A DNA stretch of 64,000 bases, taken from positions 4,320,001 through 4,384,000 of the forward strand of contig CBDETY010000003.1 of assembly GCA_965243025.1 (NCBI GenBank), written 5' to 3'. Numbering within the stretch: position 1 is the first letter of the stretch; each line of letters begins with the position of its first letter. The DNA is from Candidatus Latescibacterota bacterium (GTDB taxonomy: Bacteria > Latescibacterota > UBA2968 > UBA8231). This document shows, piece by piece, positions 1 through 8,171 of this stretch. The notes beneath the pieces were generated by a model. The model was not told the DNA's origin. It worked only from the letters and a program-made list of their open reading frames with translations, and made no database searches. The translations under genes were made by a program, and so were the position numbers.

Positions 1-1
1 G

Positions 2-529
2 GTCGCCGCTCGTCCCTTCGCCGATTTCGAAAAACTCCTGTCCCGGCTGGACGAGACCGCCTTCCTGGTCTTTCTCGACCGCGTTCAGGACCCGCACAAT
101 CTCGGAGCCGTCATTCGCAGCGCCTGCGTCACCGGCGCGGACGGAGTCGTCATTCCGCAGCGCCAGTCCGCCGGTCTGACCGGGGCCGTCGCCAAAGCCT
201 CGGCCGGGGCCGTCGACCACATCCCGGTATGCCGGGTGCGCAACCTCAAGGACGCCATCCTGCAGGCGAAGGCCGCCGGGCTGTGGATCACCGGACTTTC
301 CCCCGAGGCGCCGCGCAGCTTCACCGAGGTCGACTACAAGGGGCCGACCGCGATTGTCGTGGGAGGGGAGGACCGCGGTATCAGGCGCACCGTTGCCGAG
401 GCCTGCGATTTCGCGGTAAGCATCCCGATGGTCAGGGGGGAGGTCACCGGTTCTCTCAATGCTTCGGTCGCGGCGGGAATCGCCCTGTTCGAGGTGTACC
501 GCCAGCGCTCTGGGGGCAAGCGGCGATGA
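2..529 (+). CDS. rlmB: 23S rRNA (Gm2251) 2'-O-methyltransferase, SpoU/TrmH family (5'-truncated by window edge)
   Basis: Frame 2 is open from base 2 and reads ...LVFLDRVQDPHNLGAVIRSA...IVVGGEDRGI...VSIPM...SLNASVAAGIALFE, i.e. SpoU motifs 1-3. Confidence 0.9.
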   Translation, partial: VAARPFADFEKLLSRLDETAFLVFLDRVQDPHNLGAVIRSACVTGADGVVIPQRQSAGLTGAVAKASAGAVDHIPVCRVRNLKDAILQAKAAGLWITGLSPEAPRSFTEVDYKGPTAIVVGGEDRGIRRTVAEACDFAVSIPMVRGEVTGSLNASVAAGIALFEVYRQRSGGKRR

Positions 530-3024
530 GGTCAGTCTGGAGGCGACATCTCGCCGGGCTCCTGTTCCTGCCGGCGGCCGCGGTCGGGGATGCCGACACC
601 GATCCCCCCGCAGCCTCCCCTGCGGACTCGAGCGTTGCCGAGAGAGTGCTCCCCCCTCCGGAAGAGGTCGGCGCCGTTCCGGACGGAGAGGACAGCTTCA
701 GGTACACCGCCGACACCTACGTCCATTCCCTTCGCGGCGACTCGCTGCTCCTGCGGGGCAACGCCGTCGTTCATCAGCGCGGCGCCCGCCTGCAGGCCGC
801 CGAGATCGTCTACCACCGGGGCCGCGAACTGGTGGTCGCCCGCTCTCCCGCCATCAGCAACGGAGATACGACCGGGATGCCCACCCTCACCCAGGGGAAG
901 GACGCGATCCGGGGCCGCCGGATTCTGTACGATATGGATTCGGGGGAGGGAACGATCTTCGACGGCCGTATCCGCTTCAAGGAGGGCTTCTACAGCGGCA
1001 ACCGCATCGACACGCGCGGCGAAGAGGAGTTCCACGTGCACTCGGGGTCGTACACGACCTGCGATCTCCCCGAGCCCCACTTCGATTTCTACAGTCCCCG
1101 GATCAAGGTCCTGGCCGGCGAGATGGCGATCGCCCGCCCGGTCTACCTGCGCATAGGGGGAAAGCGGGTCGCCGTGGCCCCCTTCTACGTCTTCTCCCTG
1201 CGGGAGAACCGCCAGTCGGGGCTCCTGACGCCGAGCTTCGGACAACGGCCGGTGCGCTTCAACAGCAGCCAGTCGGAGTGGGAAGTCCGCAACCTCGGCT
1301 ACTACCTCGCCCCCAGCGACTACTGGGACCTGCGCCTTTCCGCCGACCTGCGCCAGCGCTCCGGCTGGCTGGGCCGCGTCGCCCTGGCGTACGCGCGGCG
1401 CTACTACTTCGACGGCATGGTCGACACCCGCATCGAGAACCGTCAATCCGACACGGGAACGCGCTGGGAGTGGTGGACGAACCTGCGCCACAACCAGCAG
1501 CTGGGAGAATCGGCCAGCCTGCGCGGGGCCGGGACCTTCCAGAGCAGCAAGGACGTCGTGCGCGACAACAGCACCCGCCTCGGAGAGCGCCTGACCCGGA
1601 CGCTGCGCTCGAACCTGCGGTTCAACAAGCGCTGGCGCGAACCGGGATACAGTCTCAGCGTCAACGCCAGCCGCACGGAAAACCTCGACACCGGGCGCTT
1701 CGACACGGTGCTGCCCGAAGTCAGCCTCCGCCGCAACCGCCGCTCGCTATTCGGTGCACCCGGAAAATGGGGAAAACAGCAGTCCGCCTGGTATCACCGC
1801 ATCTACTACGACGGCAGCGCCCGCCTGCGCAACACGCGCCGGGGAACCCCTGCCGACACGACGAGCCGCACGAGCGGCGAGGTCGCCCTCGGTCTTTCGA
1901 CGCAGCAGCGCCCCGCGAACTGGCTCAGCCTGAGCTCGGGCCTGTCGCAACGCTGGCGCGACGCCGACCTGCGCAGCTCCGAGGCCCGGTACGAGAACCT
2001 CGGCAGCACCCAGGCGCGCGCAGCTGCCACCCTGTCGCAAACTGTCTACGGGTTGTTCACGCCCCAGGTCTGGCGGGTGACGGCGGTGCGGCACGTCGTC
2101 AAGCCGGACATCGGCGTCAACTACGGGGCGACCCGAATCGACACCGGGGCAACCCTGGGAGCAGGCGGGCGCCCTTCCCCGTGGCGGCAGAGCCGCCGCC
2201 TCACCATGCGGCTGAGCAACAGTTTCTGGCTCAAGCTCCTGCACGAGGAGGAGGAATCGAAACACCGCGTCGCCCAGGTCAACCTCTCGACTTCGTACGA
2301 TATCGACAAAAAGAGCCGCCCCCTGTCCGATCTCGTGTCGAGCGCAACCGTCGACGCCGGGCCGTTCAACGCGCGGGTGAGGCTGCGTTCGGAATTCTAC
2401 GACGACGCTGACGAGTTCCGCGGGGCGCCGGCGCTGCGCCAGTTCGAGATCAATTCCAGCTTTCGCCTGCAGAGGCGAGCCGGACGGAAAGAAGGTGGGC
2501 GGCAGCCATCCGCTTCCGGCGGCCGGGGCAGCGACCTCGATTACGGGGAAGCATACCGCGGCGGGTATGGGGCCGGGACTACCGGCTCGGGGCGCAGCTA
2601 CGGGTACGGGTCCGGAAGCGCCGGGTTGGGCCGCGGCGGCTACGGCTACGAGAGCGGCCTGCATCGCGACCTGGACCGGCGCGGCACGCAACGGCTGCAG
2701 ATCGGGCACTACTATTCGCGCAGCAAGAGCTTCGGCCGCATCCGGGAGCGCTCCTGGCTGCGCGGCTCGTTCACCTGGTCCTGGCGGCGGACATGGCACT
2801 TACATTATTCGGTGAGCTACAACCTCGAATCCCCGCTGCCCCTGCTCGACCGGGAGCGGGTGACCGCCGAACTGCTGTCGCTGCAGCGGGAGTTCCACGA
2901 CTGGACGGCGACCTTCAACCTCGAACCGACTCGTTTTGCCCGGACCCGCGCCTTCTATTTCAAGGCCCAGCTCAAGGATATTCCGCAGATCCGCTTCGAG
3001 CGCGGCGACCGCCGCAGGCGCTAG
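526..3024 (+). CDS. lptD: Putative LPS-assembly outer-membrane protein LptD (OstA-like N-terminus plus beta-barrel)
   Basis: ATG at 526 overlaps the rlmB stop (ATGA). Signal-peptide-like MRSVWRRHLAGLLFLPAAAVG; GSYTTCDLPEPHF and SGLLTPSFG motifs typical of LptD; amphipathic beta strands. Confidence 0.8.
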   Translation: MRSVWRRHLAGLLFLPAAAVGDADTDPPAASPADSSVAERVLPPPEEVGAVPDGEDSFRYTADTYVHSLRGDSLLLRGNAVVHQRGARLQAAEIVYHRGRELVVARSPAISNGDTTGMPTLTQGKDAIRGRRILYDMDSGEGTIFDGRIRFKEGFYSGNRIDTRGEEEFHVHSGSYTTCDLPEPHFDFYSPRIKVLAGEMAIARPVYLRIGGKRVAVAPFYVFSLRENRQSGLLTPSFGQRPVRFNSSQSEWEVRNLGYYLAPSDYWDLRLSADLRQRSGWLGRVALAYARRYYFDGMVDTRIENRQSDTGTRWEWWTNLRHNQQLGESASLRGAGTFQSSKDVVRDNSTRLGERLTRTLRSNLRFNKRWREPGYSLSVNASRTENLDTGRFDTVLPEVSLRRNRRSLFGAPGKWGKQQSAWYHRIYYDGSARLRNTRRGTPADTTSRTSGEVALGLSTQQRPANWLSLSSGLSQRWRDADLRSSEARYENLGSTQARAAATLSQTVYGLFTPQVWRVTAVRHVVKPDIGVNYGATRIDTGATLGAGGRPSPWRQSRRLTMRLSNSFWLKLLHEEEESKHRVAQVNLSTSYDIDKKSRPLSDLVSSATVDAGPFNARVRLRSEFYDDADEFRGAPALRQFEINSSFRLQRRAGRKEGGRQPSASGGRGSDLDYGEAYRGGYGAGTTGSGRSYGYGSGSAGLGRGGYGYESGLHRDLDRRGTQRLQIGHYYSRSKSFGRIRERSWLRGSFTWSWRRTWHLHYSVSYNLESPLPLLDRERVTAELLSLQREFHDWTATFNLEPTRFARTRAFYFKAQLKDIPQIRFERGDRRRR

Positions 3025-3188
3025 TGCCCCGTCGCAGAAATATCTCGACATTGGGATGCCGATCCATCCCGGCTCACGGCGTTGCCTTCGCTCGCCGTAC
3101 ACCCTCGGTACGACTCGCTCAGGCGCCTTGTGAGCCGGGCGCCTCGGCATCCCAATTTTGTCAATCTATCTCTGCGACGGGACACTAG
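3021..3188. mobile_element. MITE-like / long nested-hairpin repeat, copy 1 (168 bp, CTAG at both ends)
   Basis: Terminal IR CTAGTGCCCCGTCGCAGA...TCTGCGACGGGACACTAG; inner stems TTGGGATGCCGA/TCGGCATCCCAA, CCCGGCTCAC/GTGAGCCGGG, CGTAC/GTACG; second copy 75 bp downstream. Confidence 0.75.
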
Positions 3189-3263
3189 CGGCGCGCTGCG
3201 GTCCGGCTCGATTCTCGACGCCGCCGACGGATCCTTTCGATAGCGAATTACCGGACTGGAACG

Positions 3264-3429
3264 CAGTGCCCCGTCTCAGGAATATGTCGCCATTGGAACG
3301 CCGATCGATCCCGGCTCACGGCGTTGCCTTCGCTCGCCGTACACCCTCGGCACGACTCGCCCGTGCGCCTTGTGACCCGGGCGCCTCCCCGTTCCAGTTT
3401 TGCCAATCCGTCTCTGCGACGGGGCACTG
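3264..3429. mobile_element. MITE-like / long nested-hairpin repeat, copy 2 (diverged)
   Basis: CAGTGCCCCGTCTCAG...TCTGCGACGGGGCACTG; core CCCGGCTCACGGCGTTGCCTTCGCTCGCCGTACACCCTCGG is identical to copy 1. Confidence 0.75.
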
Positions 3430-3870
3430 GTGAGAATCCTCGTTCAGCGGGTCAGCAGCGCCCGGGTCTCCGTCGCGGAAGAAACCGTGGGGGCCATCGA
3501 CCGCGGCCTCGTGCTGCTCGTCGGAGTCCACGCCGAAGACGACGACGACGACGCCCGGTTCTGCGCCGACAAGTGCGCCAACCTGCGCATATTCCCCGAC
3601 GGGCAGGGGCGGATGAACCGCTCCCTTCTGGAAACGGGAGGTGCGGTTCTGGCGATCTCCCAGTTCACCCTCTACGGGGACTGCCGCCGCGGCCGGCGCC
3701 CCAGCTTTGTCGAAGCGGCGCGTCCCGAGCTTGCCGAGCCGCTCTACGAGCGTTTCGTCGAGCTTCTCGAGGGCCTGGGAATAACGGTTGCGCGCGGCGT
3801 GTTCGGCGCCTTCATGGAGGTCGAAATCCACAACGACGGACCGGTTACCGTCATCGTAGAAAGTCCCTGA
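3430..3870 (+). CDS. dtd: D-aminoacyl-tRNA deacylase
   Basis: GTG start, MRILVQRVSSARVSV; SQFTL, RPSF and NDGPVT signature motifs. Confidence 0.95.
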   Translation: MRILVQRVSSARVSVAEETVGAIDRGLVLLVGVHAEDDDDDARFCADKCANLRIFPDGQGRMNRSLLETGGAVLAISQFTLYGDCRRGRRPSFVEAARPELAEPLYERFVELLEGLGITVARGVFGAFMEVEIHNDGPVTVIVESP

Positions 3871-3875
3871 ACTGA

Positions 3876-4544
3876 ATGGATCCGGCCCTGTACCTCGTGC
3901 TCGCGTCCGCCTCCCCGCGCCGCGTCGCCCTGCTGCATCAGCTCGGCCTGAAGTTCGAGCAGCACCCCAGTCCGGAGGAGGAACCTGCCCCGGGAACATC
4001 GTCCCCGCGCGACCACGCCTTGGCCGCGGCCGCGGCCAAGGCCGCGGCAGTTCACGGGGCCCTGCGAGCCTGGCGCCGGGGCTCGACCGCGATCGTGATC
4101 GGCGCGGATACCGTGGTCGGTCTGGACGACGGCATCCTCGGCAAACCGCGGGACACCGGGGATGCCGCCGCCATGCTCCAGAGCCTGTCGGGAAGGCGGC
4201 ACGAGGTCTTCACCGGAATCTTCCTGAAAGGACCCGGGGACCGGGAAGCCGTCGACTGCGTCCGCACCGAGGTGCGTATGCGAACCCTGTCAGCGGAAGA
4301 GATCGAATGCTACGTGGAGAGCGGAGAACCGATGGACAAGGCGGGCTCGTACGCCATCCAGGGAAGGGGAGCCCGCTTCGTTGAAAGTATAAATGGCTGT
4401 TATTATAATGTTGTTGGCCTGCCGATAGCTCGCTTGAGCGCAATGCTCGAAGAGCTGGGGTTCGATTTTTCCAGCTGTCGACGACCCCCGTCCGCAGATG
4501 CAACGAGGCCCTGCCACGGCCACGGAGGCCGTAATGCCGAGTGA
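3876..4544 (+). CDS. maf: Maf family nucleoside-triphosphate pyrophosphatase (YhdE-like)
   Basis: LVLASASPRR, IGADTVV, LGKP, DKAGSYAIQG, NVVGLP motifs. Confidence 0.93.
   Translation: MDPALYLVLASASPRRVALLHQLGLKFEQHPSPEEEPAPGTSSPRDHALAAAAAKAAAVHGALRAWRRGSTAIVIGADTVVGLDDGILGKPRDTGDAAAMLQSLSGRRHEVFTGIFLKGPGDREAVDCVRTEVRMRTLSAEEIECYVESGEPMDKAGSYAIQGRGARFVESINGCYYNVVGLPIARLSAMLEELGFDFSSCRRPPSADATRPCHGHGGRNAE
4381..4409 (+). promoter_or_regulatory. sigma70-type promoter embedded in the maf coding sequence, probably driving rodZ-priA
   Basis: TTGAAA (4381-4386), 17-bp spacer, TATAAT (4404-4409), in a conspicuously AT-rich patch of an otherwise GC-rich gene. Confidence 0.65.
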
Positions 4545-4637
4545 ACCGTGAGGTGCGCTTTTCCCTCCTCCGGTCCCTCCGATTTCTACCTCCTTTCCAT
4601 AATCTCCCCGGACCTTTCCCCCCTGGAGATTCAACCG

Positions 4638-5711
4638 ATGAGTGAGGATCTCTCCCTCGGTGCCCTGCTCAGGGAGGCGCGCGAACGCCGCGGAGAGACT
4701 CTCGAGCAGGTTCAACAACAGACCGCGATCAGCCTCCGCCTTCTGCGAGAACTCGAAAACGACGAATTCCGGATCGAGCCGGTGTACGCGCGGCTGGCTG
4801 CGGTCAACTACGCGTCCTACCTCGGCCTCGACTCCGAGGCAACGACCCTCTTCGACCGCCAGTACGGCCGCCCCGACATTCCGGCACCTTCCTATTCCCG
4901 GGACTATGGAACGAGTCCGTTTCCCGTCCTTGCGACCCGGTTACCCGCCCGTATCGGGCCGCTTCCGGCCGTCTTGGCGATCGTGGTAGGAACTGCAGCC
5001 GTCGCCGCCGTCGTTGTGCTCGCCATCTTTCTTTCAGGAACCCCCGAAGAGCCTGCGCCCCCGTCTGCGGGTGCGGAGGAGATACCCCCGGCCCGGCCCC
5101 TGGAAGATGCCCCCGGTGAAGCCGAACCGGGTCCGGACGGAGCAGGACTCGCACCGGTTGCCTCTCTCGAGACCCCGCCGGCTCACTTGGCGGAAACCTC
5201 GATCGCCTCAGACAGCGCCGATGCCGGAGTCGGGGTAACGGCTGCAGCGGACATCGTCGAAGAGGGGGAGGCCGTGGATGCATCCGTTCCAGGCGCATTG
5301 GACTCCGGGACCGCGCTCGAAGAGGAGCCGGAGGGCGCCGAGAGACCGGGGGTTGCCGACCTCGCCGCTCCCCTGGTTCTGAGAGCCGAGGCGATCGATT
5401 CCACCTGGGTGCGGATCGAGTGGGACGGCGGGGCCGGCGCCGCGGAGGAGATAATCCCCGGGGGAGAATCGAGGCAGTGGGGGGCGGCCGACAATTTCCT
5501 GGTCTTTGCCGGACGCCCCCACGGGGTGCGGTTCTATCTCCAGGGACAGCTGTTGGGGGGCGGCAGACTCGGGGACCCGACCCGGGTGCTGCGGTTCCGG
5601 GCCTCCGCCGAGCAAGTGGTCCTGCTGAGGCCGGATCTTACGCCTGTCTCCGCGTTCCCTGTCGGTGATTCGGACGCGGAAGCGAGCCCCGGAGAACCGC
5701 GAACCCGATGA
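4638..5711 (+). CDS. rodZ: RodZ-like protein (N-terminal HTH_25, single TM helix, C-terminal DUF4115-like domain)
   Basis: SLGALLREARERRGETLEQV...LRELEN...YASYLGLD; hydrophobic TM segment; Pro/Ala/Glu-rich linker; LVLRAEAIDSTWVRI C-terminal domain. ATG at 4638 follows GGAG. Confidence 0.75.
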   Translation: MSEDLSLGALLREARERRGETLEQVQQQTAISLRLLRELENDEFRIEPVYARLAAVNYASYLGLDSEATTLFDRQYGRPDIPAPSYSRDYGTSPFPVLATRLPARIGPLPAVLAIVVGTAAVAAVVVLAIFLSGTPEEPAPPSAGAEEIPPARPLEDAPGEAEPGPDGAGLAPVASLETPPAHLAETSIASDSADAGVGVTAAADIVEEGEAVDASVPGALDSGTALEEEPEGAERPGVADLAAPLVLRAEAIDSTWVRIEWDGGAGAAEEIIPGGESRQWGAADNFLVFAGRPHGVRFYLQGQLLGGGRLGDPTRVLRFRASAEQVVLLRPDLTPVSAFPVGDSDAEASPGEPRTR

Positions 5712-8161
5712 GCCGGCGCTACGTGGAAGTGGCGCTTCCCCCTCCCCTGCCCCGGGAGCTCACCTACTCCGTGCCCGGGGAATCGATCGGCGACGTCCGT
5801 CCGGGCACTGTTGTTCTCGTCCCGGTGCAGAACCGGCTCGTCACCGGCTTCGTCATCGGCGACAGCGGACCGACCGAATCCCTGAGCCCGGAAAAAATCC
5901 GCGACCTCGTGCAGATCCTCGATACCGACTCCCCGCTGACTCCGGAGGTCGTCGACCTGTGCCGGTGGATGGCCTCCTATTACGGCGCTCCGATCGGCAG
6001 CGCACTGGCGGCGGCATTGCCTCCCGGAGTCAAGCTGACCACGCAACGGCGCGTTCAGCTGGCAAACGGCGCCGCCCCCCCCTCGGAAGAGGGGCTCGCC
6101 GCCCGCATCGTCGATGAGCTGAGCTCCGGCGCGCTCAAGGTAACCACGCTGCGCAGGCGCCTGGGACGCAACGGACTCGAACAGGCGTTGCGGCGGATGC
6201 AAAGGGCTGGCCAGATCGACATCCTTCCCGTGCTCGAGGACGCAGAGGTATCCGTCAGGCGGGAACAGCGGGTGCGGGTCATCGACGTGAAGAGCGCCGC
6301 GGCCACCCTGCCGGAGCTGACCCGGCGGGCGCCGCGGCAGGCGAGCTGCCTGCGCTACGTCCTCGAGCGCGGGTCCGAGTCCAAAAAGGCGCTGGTCGCC
6401 AGCGGCTTCGGGTATGGAATACTTCGCGGACTCGGTTCCCGCGGCCTGGTAGCGACCGTCGAGGAGGAGGTCGTGCGCGATCCCCTGGCCCACCTCGACG
6501 GCCTGACTGACGAGGCGCTCGAACCCAACCCCGATCAGCAGGCGGTCCTCGAGCCGATTCTCGAGGCGCTCGAGAAACGCGTCTACTTCCCCGCACTGCT
6601 CCAGGGGGTCACCGGCAGCGGCAAGACCCTGGTCTACCTCCGCGCCGCGGAACATGCGTTGCGGCAGGGACGCGGCGCCATCGTCCTGGTCCCGGAGATC
6701 GCCCTCGCCTGGCAGATGGTGCGGCGCTTCAAGGGGCGGTTCGGCGATCGCGTCGCCGTGCTCCACAGCCAGCTGTCCAAGGGAGAACGCTACGATACCT
6801 GGCGCCGACTGCGTCGCGGCGAGCAGCGTCTCGTCATCGGTCCCCGCTCGGCGATCCTGGCGCCGGTGGCCGACCTCGGGCTGGTGGTCGTCGACGAAGA
6901 ACACGACGGCTCCTACAACCAGGACGATCTCGAAAACCGCCACGCTCTCTGCTACAGCGCCCGCGACGTAGCCCTTGTGCGCGCGCGCATGGCAGGCGCC
7001 GCAGTGGTGCTCGGGTCGGCAACCCCGAGCCTGGAGTCGTACTGGAACGCGCGCTCAGGCAAGTACCGGACCCTGTCGCTGCCGCGGCGGGTCGACGACC
7101 GCCCGCTTCCCGAAATCACCGTCGTCGACATGCGCCGCGAGCCGTTCCAGCGCCGCCGGCCGGCGCTCTTCTCCAAGATCCTGCGCCTGAAGATCCACGA
7201 CCGCCTGGAGGGCGGCGAGCGAGCCATCCTGTTGCAGAACCGCCGCGGTTTCGCCCCGGTCGTGCAGTGCCGCGACTGCGGCGAAACGGTTCAGTGCACC
7301 CGCTGCCGGGTCTGCCTGACCTTGCATCGCAGCCGCGGGGAGGAGTTGCGCTGCCATTACTGCGACTACCGCCGCCCCGTGCCGGCAACCTGCCCCGGAT
7401 GCGGCAGCGAGGAAGTCCGCGAGACCGGCATCGGAACCCAACAGGTCGAAACCGCCCTCCTGGAACAGTTTCCGGGTATACGCGTCATTCGGATGGACGT
7501 CGACACGACCGGGTGGAAGGGAGCTCACGACCGCCTCGTCGAACGCTTTCGCGCCGGGGAAGCCGACGTGCTGCTCGGAACCCAGATGGTTGCCAAGGGA
7601 CTGGATTTCCCCGAGGTAACCCTTGTCGGCGTCATCTCCGCCGATACCGGGCTGCACCTGCCGGACTTCCGCGCCGCCGAACGGAGCTTCCAGCTGTTGA
7701 CGCAGGTGGCGGGCCGTTCCGGCAGGGGGGATCGCCGCGGCGAGGTGGTGGTGCAGACGCGGCTTCCGGAAGACCGCTCTCTGGCGGCCGCGGCGCGGCA
7801 GGACTTCAGCGCCTTTGCGGAAGAGGAACTCGCGCAACGGCGCCAGGCCGGCTTTCCGCCTTTCGGCCGCCTGCTGCTGCTGCGCTGGCGGGGCCCCGCA
7901 CAGGACCAGGTGGAAGCCGCCGCTCATCGCGGCACCGGGATGCTGTCCCGCTCCCGGCCGCGCGAGGGCGCGGTCCTCGGACCGGCCCCGGCTCCTCTCG
8001 CGCTGCTGCGCGGATACCACCGCTGGCAGGCGCTTCTGCAAGGCCCGTCGGCCCGCTTTCTCAGGGACTGGGTCGTGCCGGCCATCGACCCGATGCGGGA
8101 GTCGGCAGGAAGTCGCGGCGTCGCCATGTCCCTTGTGGTCGACCCGCAGAACACCATGTAG
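5708..8161 (+). CDS. priA: Primosomal protein N' (replication restart helicase)
   Basis: GVTGSGKT Walker A, LVPEIAL, DEEH, GSATPSLES, four CxxC pairs, GTQMVAKGLDFP, QVAGRSGR. Confidence 0.97.
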   Translation: MSRRYVEVALPPPLPRELTYSVPGESIGDVRPGTVVLVPVQNRLVTGFVIGDSGPTESLSPEKIRDLVQILDTDSPLTPEVVDLCRWMASYYGAPIGSALAAALPPGVKLTTQRRVQLANGAAPPSEEGLAARIVDELSSGALKVTTLRRRLGRNGLEQALRRMQRAGQIDILPVLEDAEVSVRREQRVRVIDVKSAAATLPELTRRAPRQASCLRYVLERGSESKKALVASGFGYGILRGLGSRGLVATVEEEVVRDPLAHLDGLTDEALEPNPDQQAVLEPILEALEKRVYFPALLQGVTGSGKTLVYLRAAEHALRQGRGAIVLVPEIALAWQMVRRFKGRFGDRVAVLHSQLSKGERYDTWRRLRRGEQRLVIGPRSAILAPVADLGLVVVDEEHDGSYNQDDLENRHALCYSARDVALVRARMAGAAVVLGSATPSLESYWNARSGKYRTLSLPRRVDDRPLPEITVVDMRREPFQRRRPALFSKILRLKIHDRLEGGERAILLQNRRGFAPVVQCRDCGETVQCTRCRVCLTLHRSRGEELRCHYCDYRRPVPATCPGCGSEEVRETGIGTQQVETALLEQFPGIRVIRMDVDTTGWKGAHDRLVERFRAGEADVLLGTQMVAKGLDFPEVTLVGVISADTGLHLPDFRAAERSFQLLTQVAGRSGRGDRRGEVVVQTRLPEDRSLAAAARQDFSAFAEEELAQRRQAGFPPFGRLLLLRWRGPAQDQVEAAAHRGTGMLSRSRPREGAVLGPAPAPLALLRGYHRWQALLQGPSARFLRDWVVPAIDPMRESAGSRGVAMSLVVDPQNTM

Positions 8162-8171
8162 ACGCAAGCAA

